Positions 51,784 through 60,848 of a stretch of 64,000 nt of DNA are shown here, piece after piece. A program made the position numbers and the translations under genes. The notes below the pieces were generated by a model. It was not told where the DNA came from, made no database searches, and was given only the letters and a program-made list of their open reading frames with translations. The stretch covers positions 1 to 64,000 of the forward strand of contig JBBRUX010000019.1 in NCBI GenBank assembly GCA_038247415.1. Reading direction: 5' to 3'. Every line of letters begins with the position of its first letter. Within the stretch, counting starts at the first letter, position 1. The DNA comes from Chitinivibrionales bacterium (GTDB lineage: Bacteria > Fibrobacterota > Chitinivibrionia > Chitinivibrionales > WJKA01).

Positions 51784-52838
51784 GGGGACGGACTATTATA
51801 TTTGGTTATTCATTCTCCGCCACACCCAAAGACAGGAGCACGCACATGCCACGAATGGCTCGCCTGGATGCCCCAGGGTCTCTCACCCACGTCATGGCTC
51901 GAGGTATCGACGGCCGAGTCATCTTCAGTGATGACGACGACCGACAGGAGTTCATCCGCCGCTTGAGCGCGAGCCTGTCCATATGTGGATTCAAATGCCT
52001 GGCGTGGTGCCTCATGGACAACCACTATCACTTCATGCTGCGAACAAACGAGAAGCCTCTCAGCGCCCTCATGCGTCGGCTCAACGGTGGCTATGCCCGG
52101 TGGTTCAATCACAAGAACAGCCGTAGAGGCTATCTATTTCAGGACCGCTTCAAGTCTGTCTTGTGTCAAGATCAGGAATACGCCAAACAACTTATCCGAT
52201 ACATCCACCTCAATCCGTTGCGTGACGGGATGGTGCGGTCGGTCGCGCAACTGGGTTCGTGGCAGTGGTGCGGACACGGGTATCTTCTCGGGAATCCCGA
52301 TTCTCTTGGAAAGGGATTCCAGGACCGTTGGGAAGCGCTCCGTCGATTCGGGCAGACACCCAGGAATGCCGTGTCCGCCTACCTATCGTACTTCGCTGAT
52401 GGAGTTGACGCGCAGCATATTGAGAAGTCCGGTGATCTTCCGTCGGAGGGAGAAACCGAGATTGCCGGATCGCACAAGGGGTGGCCAGCCGTCGTGGGTG
52501 ACCCCGAGTTTGCCCGGGAGGCAATGGCGAGCCACCGAACTTCGACTTGGCGGAAGCATCGCCAAACAGATTACCGCGGGACGCTGACAAAGATCGCCCG
52601 GCAGATTTGCGCGGAGTTTTCGGTCTCCGAGGATGACCTTCTTCGGCGTGGATGGAACAACGCCAGAGCGACAGCTCGATCCGCATTCTGCTACCGCGCA
52701 CACTTCGAAGAACTGCTGCCGTTATCCGCCATTGCCGACTTCATGGGCATCACGATGTCACCGGTCCTTCTGCTGGCGCGGAAGGGGAAATCGTCCCTAT
52801 CCAATGCCGTAAACAACCAAATAAAATAGTCCGTCCCC
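51784..52838 (+). mobile_element. Y1/HUH transposase element bounded by 14-bp terminal inverted repeats
   Basis: GGGGACGGACTATT (51784-51797) and AATAGTCCGTCCCC (52825-52838); visibly GC-richer than the flanks. Confidence 0.8.
51846..52829 (+). CDS. RAYT-like Y1 (HUH) transposase with C-terminal DnaA-C-like HTH
   Basis: MPRMAR, HVMARG, MDNHYH (HUH), GYLFQDRFKS, YIHLNP (catalytic Tyr); AGGAG RBS. Confidence 0.9.
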   Translation: MPRMARLDAPGSLTHVMARGIDGRVIFSDDDDRQEFIRRLSASLSICGFKCLAWCLMDNHYHFMLRTNEKPLSALMRRLNGGYARWFNHKNSRRGYLFQDRFKSVLCQDQEYAKQLIRYIHLNPLRDGMVRSVAQLGSWQWCGHGYLLGNPDSLGKGFQDRWEALRRFGQTPRNAVSAYLSYFADGVDAQHIEKSGDLPSEGETEIAGSHKGWPAVVGDPEFAREAMASHRTSTWRKHRQTDYRGTLTKIARQICAEFSVSEDDLLRRGWNNARATARSAFCYRAHFEELLPLSAIADFMGITMSPVLLLARKGKSSLSNAVNNQIK

Positions 52839-52856
52839 AAAAACGTCCCCAAAAAA

Positions 52857-53260
52857 CTTGCTCGAATATAAGATCCAAGCCTTGGCCGGATCGTTCAACC
52901 AATCCAGCTTTCTCGAAAACTTCTGCAAGCCGTTGATTTCTCCACGCACGGCTGAATATAACGTTTTTCGGGGTAATGCCGGGCAGAAAACCGCCGGGAC
53001 TCTCTATCAGAAATCCATCTGGTGAGGCAGTAATAAATATTACCTGTCCGGAAATTGAATAATCACGGTGGGTAACAGCATTTAAAACCGCTTCCCGGAT
53101 GGAGCGTTCATCAAAAGCAAACACTTCTCGCTGAATGAATCCCTGTTGGAATGGAGTGCGGATGTTGCGGCTTTCGAGTTCTCGCCAAATCTCGTTCACA
53201 ATCGTCAAGAATGATTGCCGCCATTCAAAAACAATCTCAGCCTGGGGCAATATAAATAAG
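52857..53260 (-). pseudogene. Internal fragment of an ATP-binding protein (HATPase_c_4 / RecG-C-like, Schlafen-AlbA-associated type)
   Basis: IREAVLNAVTHRDY, IESPGGF, RNQRLAEVF...VERSGQG; truncated at both ends. Confidence 0.75.
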
Positions 53261-53271
53261 CCCGGACGACC

Positions 53272-54399
53272 CTATTTTATGAGAAACTTCTGGCTATGCG
53301 TCTCATTCCTCTCACTCACATTCAATAAGTACATGCCACTCGACAGATTAGAATTCACCTGTGCATACGATGAACCCACTGCAGTCTGCCGATGGCAAAG
53401 CCGTCCACGCATATCCCGGATTTCGATAACAGCATGCGTAGTCTGCCGGTTAAAATCTATGGTTAACTGCCCGGATCGACTATTTGGATTCTGATGTACA
53501 CCAAGAAGGTTTGGAGTCTGATTTTCTGATTTTAATATGGTGCCGGTTGTTCCTGCCGCATCAGTTGGATTAACCGTCTGGAATTCATTCGCCCCCACAG
53601 CACCACGCACATTATCAAAATAACAAAGGAATGGACGTCCGGGAGAAGGTTTCTTTGCATAGGGCCCAAACTTCCAGAGAAAGTCACCCGAAGTTACTCC
53701 ATTGTATCCGGTTGCCTGTTCAACTTTTTTCACGCCGTTGAGCCAAACTTCAACTTTGCCCCCTGTAGAGAGCCATTTGAGGTGAATGACAATGTCATGC
53801 CATGTATCCCATACCATCGGGCCAATTATGTATGTGCTACTACCTTTAACGGCAAGCGAATAGGAGCTCCCTTCTTTTTGAATATTGATAAACCAGAGAG
53901 GGTCGCTTGTGGCACTATGGCTAAAAATCTGATTGATGTGTTCGCAATCCGTTGCCGTCCAATTCCATGTGGTAGCCCAGGTACCGCCCCGTTCAGTGCT
54001 TGGATAGAAACTATACCCCACCCAGAAATCGTCGCCGTAATTGAATGCATGCTTTTTCATCACTTCATTTCGACGGGCGGTGCAGTTTCCGCCACCATAG
54101 TCCCACGTATCATTTTCATATTTAACAAGTTTTAATGATTGATTTCCAGTGCGAGCTTTGTTCCCAACCACTTCTTGTCGTTTTTCAGTTGAAGCGTTAT
54201 CACAGGAACAGCCGTTTGATCCTGCACAATATTGTTGCAAGTCAAACGGGGGGGTTATATCAGTAGTTCCGAGTGGAATCGATTCGAAATCAGTACCAAA
54301 TTTTAACACGGCAAACGCATCTGAAAACAGACAAACACTTGCTACCGAAAAACCGATGAACAACGCTCTTCGCAAAATCAATCGTCTTGGCGCACTCAT
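53272..54399 (-). CDS. Secreted polysaccharide lyase (beta-jelly-roll, Polysacc_lyase/heparin lyase I-like) with T9SS-type CTD
   Basis: RNEV, WVGYSFY, WHDIVIHLKW, VEVWLNG, WKFGPY, YFDNVR; CTD SGMYLL..SQKFLIK. Confidence 0.7.
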   Translation of the reverse strand: MSAPRRLILRRALFIGFSVASVCLFSDAFAVLKFGTDFESIPLGTTDITPPFDLQQYCAGSNGCSCDNASTEKRQEVVGNKARTGNQSLKLVKYENDTWDYGGGNCTARRNEVMKKHAFNYGDDFWVGYSFYPSTERGGTWATTWNWTATDCEHINQIFSHSATSDPLWFINIQKEGSSYSLAVKGSSTYIIGPMVWDTWHDIVIHLKWLSTGGKVEVWLNGVKKVEQATGYNGVTSGDFLWKFGPYAKKPSPGRPFLCYFDNVRGAVGANEFQTVNPTDAAGTTGTILKSENQTPNLLGVHQNPNSRSGQLTIDFNRQTTHAVIEIRDMRGRLCHRQTAVGSSYAQVNSNLSSGMYLLNVSERNETHSQKFLIK

Positions 54400-54480
54400 A
54401 ATAACTCCCTTTTTCTGGTTCCCGTTGAAATGGAAGGAGGAGCAAAATTCTTTTTGTCAATCTGTTTCAAAACCAGGGCA

Positions 54481-55872
54481 CTACTGCTTTACGTTGACAA
54501 TAGATCGTTTAACAACCGTCCCGGTATTTTTATCTGAAATGAGGTAAACACCCACTTGACTAACGCTATTTGTATTGATACGTTTTCCTGAAATGGAGAA
54601 GTACTGGGCGTTTTGTTCATATGTTCGGATGTTTTGTGCAAAAAAGGCTGGTGAATATCTTGTATTTGTAGGCAAACCCCCTCCTTCTGTATTTCTCAAC
54701 ATTCTGGAACGAAGTTTCCAAAGATTGTTGGTGGCTGGATCGCCCTTTGCCCAATCGGCAGTTTCAAACCGTTCATCGATAAAAGCAAGGGAATAACCCG
54801 CTTTTTGTTTGAGCCCATATTTTAATGGATCCCAGAATGGTGTTAATCCGTTATCTGATTCAACGCATCTGGCATATGTGTTGAAAGCATCATAGAGGTC
54901 TCCAAAAGCGAAGCGGTACCACAAATCCAATAATTCCCTTAATTTTGCCTGGTTTTGATTGGTTGGACTCAAGATATCCCAATTGGAACTGCCGCCATTA
55001 CGGGCAGCATGGGTGAAGTTAAACATCGTATTAAAGGCATGTGCCATAACTATTATTCCATGCACTCCGTCACGACGTCTTAATTCGTCGGAGTAGCCAA
55101 AAGCATCAGGAACCGAGGTGCATTTGGAATTGCGGGGATAGCCAAAAATATCGACAATGTTTTTGTAGCCTCTGTTTTTTTTGCCACCTCCATAAGCCAT
55201 AACGTCCCAATAGGCATCAACTCCTGCTTTGTCTTGAAGTATCAAACGTATGAGCAAAGCCTGGCCAAATGAGGCGGTTCCCCGGTTAGCATATCTGTTT
55301 TCGTATAATTGCTCTTCGTCATCCCACAGAACCGAGGCAAATCCACTAAGCCACGTGTCAACTTGAGTGCGGGTACTCGTAGGTAAATCGTAACGAATAG
55401 CATCATACGAGGGGAATGCGCCAAGTATCCAATAGCGAAGTGTAATGTCGCCTTCGTACCAATCGGGAGAGGAATACTGTTGGTTTTTCACCCAAGTACT
55501 TAGTTTCCCTTTTTGGGTCAAAAAGAGCCACCATTTTGCAGAAAAGTCGATGTAAGGTTGCATTTCTGGGTTGGTACTACCGTTGTATTTTCCATGCTTC
55601 AATGCAAAATAGACCGCAGCGGTATGTTCCAACCCTTGATCCAATTCACTAATCCAGCTTTCGGTATGGCTAATTTTATTGATGGCAGGATTATATCCGC
55701 TTAGGAATTGATCCGCTACAGCCCGAATGTCTTTAAAATGGGGGGAATTATAAAGCTCGATACCTTCCTGGGGTGTCATGTATACCCACCACGTGCGTTC
55801 GGTCTGCGACATAGCCGATCTCGATAGTAAAAAAGCCAGTAAAACAACTTTCATTGCTGTTATTCCCTTCAT
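54481..55872 (-). CDS. Secreted alpha-helical protein, possibly alginate-lyase-like (alpha/alpha toroid), with short CTD
   Basis: Signal peptide; YDAIR..VDTWL, ANRG, DELRRRDG.H motifs; CTD YFSISGKRI..GVYLI. Confidence 0.5.
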   Translation of the reverse strand: MKGITAMKVVLLAFLLSRSAMSQTERTWWVYMTPQEGIELYNSPHFKDIRAVADQFLSGYNPAINKISHTESWISELDQGLEHTAAVYFALKHGKYNGSTNPEMQPYIDFSAKWWLFLTQKGKLSTWVKNQQYSSPDWYEGDITLRYWILGAFPSYDAIRYDLPTSTRTQVDTWLSGFASVLWDDEEQLYENRYANRGTASFGQALLIRLILQDKAGVDAYWDVMAYGGGKKNRGYKNIVDIFGYPRNSKCTSVPDAFGYSDELRRRDGVHGIIVMAHAFNTMFNFTHAARNGGSSNWDILSPTNQNQAKLRELLDLWYRFAFGDLYDAFNTYARCVESDNGLTPFWDPLKYGLKQKAGYSLAFIDERFETADWAKGDPATNNLWKLRSRMLRNTEGGGLPTNTRYSPAFFAQNIRTYEQNAQYFSISGKRINTNSVSQVGVYLISDKNTGTVVKRSIVNVKQ

Positions 55873-56041
55873 AGGAACCCACCTTCTGTTTAAATAAGGA
55901 TCAGGACTTAATTAATTCCACACTAATTTCCCCCCGCGTTGTCAGGCTACCTACCTAACATACGCTGCCTGCGGCACATTTTCACGACGGTTTAGGGGGA
56001 AAAATCCGACAATTTCCGAGATTTGTCGACATTTCTGGCGA

Positions 56042-57595
56042 TTATCGGTTGTTGCGGTACTTTCGCGGGGTCATGCCATAGTGGTTGCGGAACACGCGCG
56101 TAAAGTGATCGGGCGTGCCATAGCCGCACTGCAGGGCGGCCTGACTGATGTTGATGTCAGGATTGCCCAACAGCTCTTTTGCTCGCGCCATCCGCCGTTC
56201 GTTCAAGAGCTGAACAAACGTTTGCCCGACCAACTCACCGAACTTGCGCCCGAAGTAGTCTTTGTTGAGCCCAACACGCCGAGCAACCATCTCGATGCAC
56301 AACTCCTCGTTGTCGAGGTTATCGTCAATGAACTTGATGGCGGCCGCAACCATCGGATCCGTCGAGATCACCGGCGCAAGATCGGGAGCATCCTTGGGGG
56401 ATCGTCGGCGCCTTGGCGCGACCAGAAAGGCGGCGACCACCACACATACTCCTACCAGGGCAGCAATCAAACCGAGGGTAGACCCTTGGACACGCTCGTC
56501 GTCGAGGACAAGCGATCCCCACTCGCTCGGGTTCTCGTGATTGTGGGGCTGCCCGGCCCATCGGGCGAGTGTGCGTGCTCCATCGACACTCTCCCGATCG
56601 ACCATGTAAAGGTCAAACCCTAATGTGTCTCCCGCAGCCACGTCTGGTTTGAGAACCGACCATGGAAGGTGAATTTTTGTGACCGAAACACCGGAGTCGG
56701 CTGATGTGTCGAAGGTTGTCGCCACGTTGATACTGTCTAGGATATTGTAGTGTTTGGCATCGCGTGCATTCAGTCGATACGCATTGACCGACCCCCAACA
56801 CGACACACTGACGATGATGTCGTCCAAAACGATCGCTTCACCCCGGTCTCGGGCGGGGTCGAGGAACACGATGAACCCGTCGTCCAGATAGAGTCTCTGC
56901 ATCGCTTCGTAATCCGTGGTCGTGTCCCAACTCGGTTGGCCTTCAGACGTGAAGCGAGAAAAGAGGCGGTCGTCGCGCGATCGCAGGGCGATGAAGAGTC
57001 CGGTTGCGGTCCAGCATACATGCACAGCGTACCGGTTGTCTCCGTTCACATAGACGATAGTGGGGTCACCGGGCCATTCAGTCTCCCCGAACTTACCGTC
57101 GATTACAGGGTCGCGGCGCACTCGATCTGCGCTCGCTGTAAGCGTGGAGTACTCGATATGACGGTCGAGGGCAGCCCGGACCCACTGCGAACTGCCATGT
57201 TTCCCGGCACTATCCTCCGCGACGCACCAGAACCCAAGTCGGCGCATCGGCTGATCCAAGATTCGCGAGCAATCCCAAATGACCTCATAAGGCGGGGTGG
57301 AATCCCATCCGATGGTATCGGTGGTACCCTCGCGCAGCCGCTGCGGCCCCTGGTAGTTCACAAAGAAACCGACGGTCCTGACCCCGGCTTCGCCGCCCGT
57401 TGCTTCTGCCCGAATCCTGATTGCGTCGCTGCGGAGCATAGAGAACTGGGCAGGCTCGATGAGACGAACGTTGGGGGAAGCGGCGTCTACTAATAGAGCC
57501 CCGATGAGCACCATCGAGGCGATGCTAATTAAATGGCTGCACCGATGGACGATGGACCAGTGAGCAAGGCACGGAACATTTGAGAGCACAGACAC
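56042..57595 (-). CDS. Membrane-spanning regulator: Ig-like + CBM9/DOMON-like sugar-binding domain, TM helix, AraC HTH (start uncertain)
   Basis: PVIDGK..EW, IHLPWSVL, LGFD, NPSEWG; TM followed by RRRR; YFGRKF, RMARAKELL, ISQAALQCGY..HFTRVF..GMTPRKY. Confidence 0.8.
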   Translation of the reverse strand: MSVLSNVPCLAHWSIVHRCSHLISIASMVLIGALLVDAASPNVRLIEPAQFSMLRSDAIRIRAEATGGEAGVRTVGFFVNYQGPQRLREGTTDTIGWDSTPPYEVIWDCSRILDQPMRRLGFWCVAEDSAGKHGSSQWVRAALDRHIEYSTLTASADRVRRDPVIDGKFGETEWPGDPTIVYVNGDNRYAVHVCWTATGLFIALRSRDDRLFSRFTSEGQPSWDTTTDYEAMQRLYLDDGFIVFLDPARDRGEAIVLDDIIVSVSCWGSVNAYRLNARDAKHYNILDSINVATTFDTSADSGVSVTKIHLPWSVLKPDVAAGDTLGFDLYMVDRESVDGARTLARWAGQPHNHENPSEWGSLVLDDERVQGSTLGLIAALVGVCVVVAAFLVAPRRRRSPKDAPDLAPVISTDPMVAAAIKFIDDNLDNEELCIEMVARRVGLNKDYFGRKFGELVGQTFVQLLNERRMARAKELLGNPDINISQAALQCGYGTPDHFTRVFRNHYGMTPRKYRNNR

Positions 57596-57793
57596 TGCAA
57601 TCCCCCCATTTTTCTGGGTTTTCAGAAGCAGATTCTTTGTTTTCTACGTGACAATTTCCCGTCATACAGCTCACCCGACCAAAGGGAGAGAGCTGGCCGT
57701 AGGCAGCAAACAATCTCAAAGGCAGTCTCTTTCCTGAGACTACCGGAACTTACCCACGATTTTTGGTTTTGTTAACTCGAATTTCTGATCCGC

Positions 57794-58879
57794 TCAGAAC
57801 AGTTCGATTGCCGGCCGGTCATTTTCACCTATCTTATCGCCAGCATCTTCACCGTTCAGCTCAGTGTAATGCGTTTCGCGCTGAATATCCATTGTGTAGC
57901 CGCCGCTGAGTGATTCGGTGATATCATCAAGGGGAACAAGTTCGAGGGGCTGTGAATCGATGTGGTCTCCGAGTGTTTCAATTGTGGATGCTATCCGGTC
58001 ACTGCAGTCGGTAAGTCCTCGCTGCACCTGCTCGATCTGTTGGCGAGTGATATCCTGTGATTGGGCACTTTCAAGCACGTTGAGAACATCGCCCCGAATT
58101 GCGTCAATTGTGCCTCTGGTAAATTTCGACAGTTTTTCGAGATCGGTTATGGTTGTCTGGAAATTGTCGGAAAGTGCAACCATCGAATCCGCCATGCGGG
58201 TGATCCATTCGGTATTGTTGGCTTGGTTGTTATACAGGAGCATCGCTTCAAGCTGTTCTCGGATGGATTTTAAAACCTGCTCGATTTTATCCTGGATCAT
58301 ATTCGAAATCTCCTCGACCTCGTTTGAGAGACGACGGACTTCGGTTGCGACGACCGCGAAGCCGTTCCCCGCATCTCCTGCACGCGCAGCTTCGAGTGAT
58401 GCATTGAGTGAGAGAACTTTCGTTTGGAAAGTGACATTTCGCAGAACACCCGCGAGTGGTTTGAGTTCTGCTGCTTTGGTGATTACCTGTTCTATTGAAG
58501 TTTTTTGAGCATCCATTTTCTCCGCGCGGGCTTGTTGAAAATTGCCGATCTCGCGTAACTGTTTTCGATTCGCATCAATGAGCGTACGCGCAGTACCCGC
58601 AACCGTTTGCGCCCGCTCGGTGACCCCCCCCATTGTCTCGATAAGACGGGTGGACTGCGCCTCAACATGCCCTTTCACCTCGATAAGCTCCTGCATTATG
58701 GAAATAGTGGATGCTTCAGCGGTGGCGTTTGTCTGGGCAAGGTGCGCGTTCAGAAGCCCCAGAAGTGACTGTACCGATCCGAGGAACAACTGGATTTGAC
58801 CGGTATCGTTATCGGTAGCAGTGTTTGCATCGACTTCATTATTATCTTCCGACAAATTATCCGTGTTGATCTGATTCAT
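57794..58879 (-). CDS. Cytoplasmic methyl-accepting chemotaxis protein
   Basis: QTKVLSLNASLEAARAGDAGNGFAVVATEVRRLS; QSQDITRQQIEQV; no TM. Confidence 0.88.
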   Translation of the reverse strand: MNQINTDNLSEDNNEVDANTATDNDTGQIQLFLGSVQSLLGLLNAHLAQTNATAEASTISIMQELIEVKGHVEAQSTRLIETMGGVTERAQTVAGTARTLIDANRKQLREIGNFQQARAEKMDAQKTSIEQVITKAAELKPLAGVLRNVTFQTKVLSLNASLEAARAGDAGNGFAVVATEVRRLSNEVEEISNMIQDKIEQVLKSIREQLEAMLLYNNQANNTEWITRMADSMVALSDNFQTTITDLEKLSKFTRGTIDAIRGDVLNVLESAQSQDITRQQIEQVQRGLTDCSDRIASTIETLGDHIDSQPLELVPLDDITESLSGGYTMDIQRETHYTELNGEDAGDKIGENDRPAIELF

Positions 58880-58888
58880 ATTCTATTC

Positions 58889-60190
58889 CTAAAAGAGCTC
58901 GATTGACGGCCGATTATCGGCTTTCTCAACGGGATTCGTAGAGAGCACCGACTCGTGCACGGCTCGCTGTGAGTTCATGGTGTAGTTCGATTTAATAATC
59001 CTGAATGTATCGTCGAGGGGAGGCAAGGCTGTATCAATTGTCTCTGCTCCTGTGAGCAGAGTCGAAATGCTGACCATTCGTTCGGCATACATCGTGAGAC
59101 CTTCCTGTACCTGTTCGATCTGTTGACGAGAAATGTCCTGAAATTGGGCTTGTTCAAGCACGTCGGTAATTGAGTGTGAGATCGACCGGACAGCACTTAG
59201 AGAATCGCTTGAAAGTTTATTGAGCTCGGTCAAGGCAATCTCGAATTCCAATGTGATTTTTCCTGTGCCTGCGGAGAGTGTGCTTAGCCAATTCATCTCA
59301 GTTGCAATGCGAACGGCATCGGTGAGGCCAGCAAGGTTTGAGGTAACCCTTTCTGCAACCTGCCTGATGCCTTCATCAACGCGTGCAGATGCAGTTTCAC
59401 ATTGACAGGAAAGGCCTTTCATTTCCGCAGCAACGACGGCGAAACTGCGACCTGTCGCGCCAGCCCCTGCCGCTTCGATTAGAGCGTTAAGTGAGAGTAT
59501 CTTTGTTTTGGAAGCGATTCCCCGAATGAGGTCGGTGAGCGGTTTGAGTTCGCGGATGAGGGTAAGGACTTCATGAATCGCCGCAGTATCGCCCTGCATC
59601 TGAACCTCGCGACGTAATTTATAGGAATTCATTTCGGTCGCCATATTTCTACTCGTCGCAATCTGTTGTGTGGCGTTCATGTGGACATTATCCGCGCGTT
59701 GTTTGCTTTCGCCAAGAGACGAGTTAAATCCGCTCGATGCTTTCAGGACATCGGTAAGTCGTGCAATAATCGAGAGCGCGGAGTCTTCGGTGAGGCTCGT
59801 CACTTCGTTCAAATGAGCTTTGAGGAGCTCTGTAAGCCTGGGTACCGATTGGAGAACGGCTTCAGTGTGCTCGATAACTTTTCTTCCAGTGCAGGTTTCA
59901 CTTCTAAATCCGGGGCACGCCTTAGAAAGTTTCATTTTCTCGTTTTCGAGGTGTTCCGCAAGTATGACCATTCGTTTCCGCATTGCTAATCGGTAGACTG
60001 CACTGATCGATAGTATCCCAACAATTGTGAACAAAGTGGCGATGAGTGTGTGCTCGGTCGTCCCGTGCTGATATAAATACCCCGTTGCTGCATCAGCTCC
60101 ACGGTGCATAATAACAGCAGCAACGGCAAAGAGAAACGCCGATAACCAAATTCCACCTTTGGATGGAATTTGGTGTTTTCTATATCTCAC
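58889..60190 (-). CDS. Methyl-accepting chemotaxis protein, 2 TM with tiny periplasmic loop
   Basis: KTKILSLNALIEAAGAGATGRSFAVVAAEMK; QFQDISRQQIEQV; ends PSIELF. Confidence 0.85.
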   Translation of the reverse strand: MRYRKHQIPSKGGIWLSAFLFAVAAVIMHRGADAATGYLYQHGTTEHTLIATLFTIVGILSISAVYRLAMRKRMVILAEHLENEKMKLSKACPGFRSETCTGRKVIEHTEAVLQSVPRLTELLKAHLNEVTSLTEDSALSIIARLTDVLKASSGFNSSLGESKQRADNVHMNATQQIATSRNMATEMNSYKLRREVQMQGDTAAIHEVLTLIRELKPLTDLIRGIASKTKILSLNALIEAAGAGATGRSFAVVAAEMKGLSCQCETASARVDEGIRQVAERVTSNLAGLTDAVRIATEMNWLSTLSAGTGKITLEFEIALTELNKLSSDSLSAVRSISHSITDVLEQAQFQDISRQQIEQVQEGLTMYAERMVSISTLLTGAETIDTALPPLDDTFRIIKSNYTMNSQRAVHESVLSTNPVEKADNRPSIELF

Positions 60191-60375
60191 AAGGGAACCT
60201 CGATTCTGCGAGCTTTTTATTTAGTTTCTGTTCAGAGTAACACGATTTTCGACATACCAGAGTTGTTTTATCGGGTATCCATCCTAAGCCATTAAAAAAC
60301 AAAATGGTTTTTCACTGCCGTTCAGAATGGTAAGGAATTAGTGCTATCGCACACTTAGTTATAGTTTTCTGCCAT

Positions 60376-60399
60376 TTCCTGCTTTCGCAGGAATGACGG
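60376..60399 (-). repeat. REP-like palindrome
   Basis: Reverse complement reads CCGTCATTCCTGC-GAAA-GCAGGAA, the common GTCATTCC-type REP form. Confidence 0.6.
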
Positions 60400-60473
60400 A
60401 TCTTTCTCCAATTTATATTCCGAACAAAAACTAATTTACTTGACCCCAATTTATTGGCCGTTAATTTCAGATC

Positions 60474-60848
60474 TTAAGCCCCAGGCAAAACCTGCTTGAT
60501 AACCCTTATCAAATCGGCTCCCGCCACAGGCTTTACCATCCATCCTGTAGCCCCGAGCTTCTTACCCTCATCGCGCTTTTCTGACTGACTTTCAGTGGTG
60601 AGCGTGAGAATCGGAGTGAATCTGAATCCGGGTAGACTCCGTACATTTTTTATCAGGTCGAGCCCACCCATATTCGGCATGTTTACATCTGTAATTATGA
60701 GGTCGGGTTTGAGCCCCGCCTTAAGTTTAGTAAGCGCTACGATGCCATCCTCGGCTGCAATCACCGCAAAGCCGTTCATTTCAAGCGTAGTGGAGATACT
60801 CATCCGCATAGTGGCAGAGTCGTCGACGATCATGATGGTTTTAGCCAT
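60474..60848 (-). CDS. cheY: CheY-like response regulator
   Basis: IVDDS, ITDVNMPNMGG, LTTES, WMVKP. Confidence 0.88.
   Translation of the reverse strand: MAKTIMIVDDSATMRMSISTTLEMNGFAVIAAEDGIVALTKLKAGLKPDLIITDVNMPNMGGLDLIKNVRSLPGFRFTPILTLTTESQSEKRDEGKKLGATGWMVKPVAGADLIRVIKQVLPGA

Noticed and set aside
50554..51797. GT2 gene as cargo between inverted end motifs
   Set aside because: The motifs are the right end of one copy and the left end of the next, facing away from their own transposases; a composite transposon is possible but unsupported
56081..57493. Long plus-strand ORFs (180 and 247 aa)
   Set aside because: Shadow ORFs expected in GC-rich DNA opposite the AraC sensor gene
57600..57790. 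Possible riboswitch in the hairpin-containing leader of the AraC sensor
   Set aside because: No c-di-GMP, cobalamin or other consensus recognised on the coding strand
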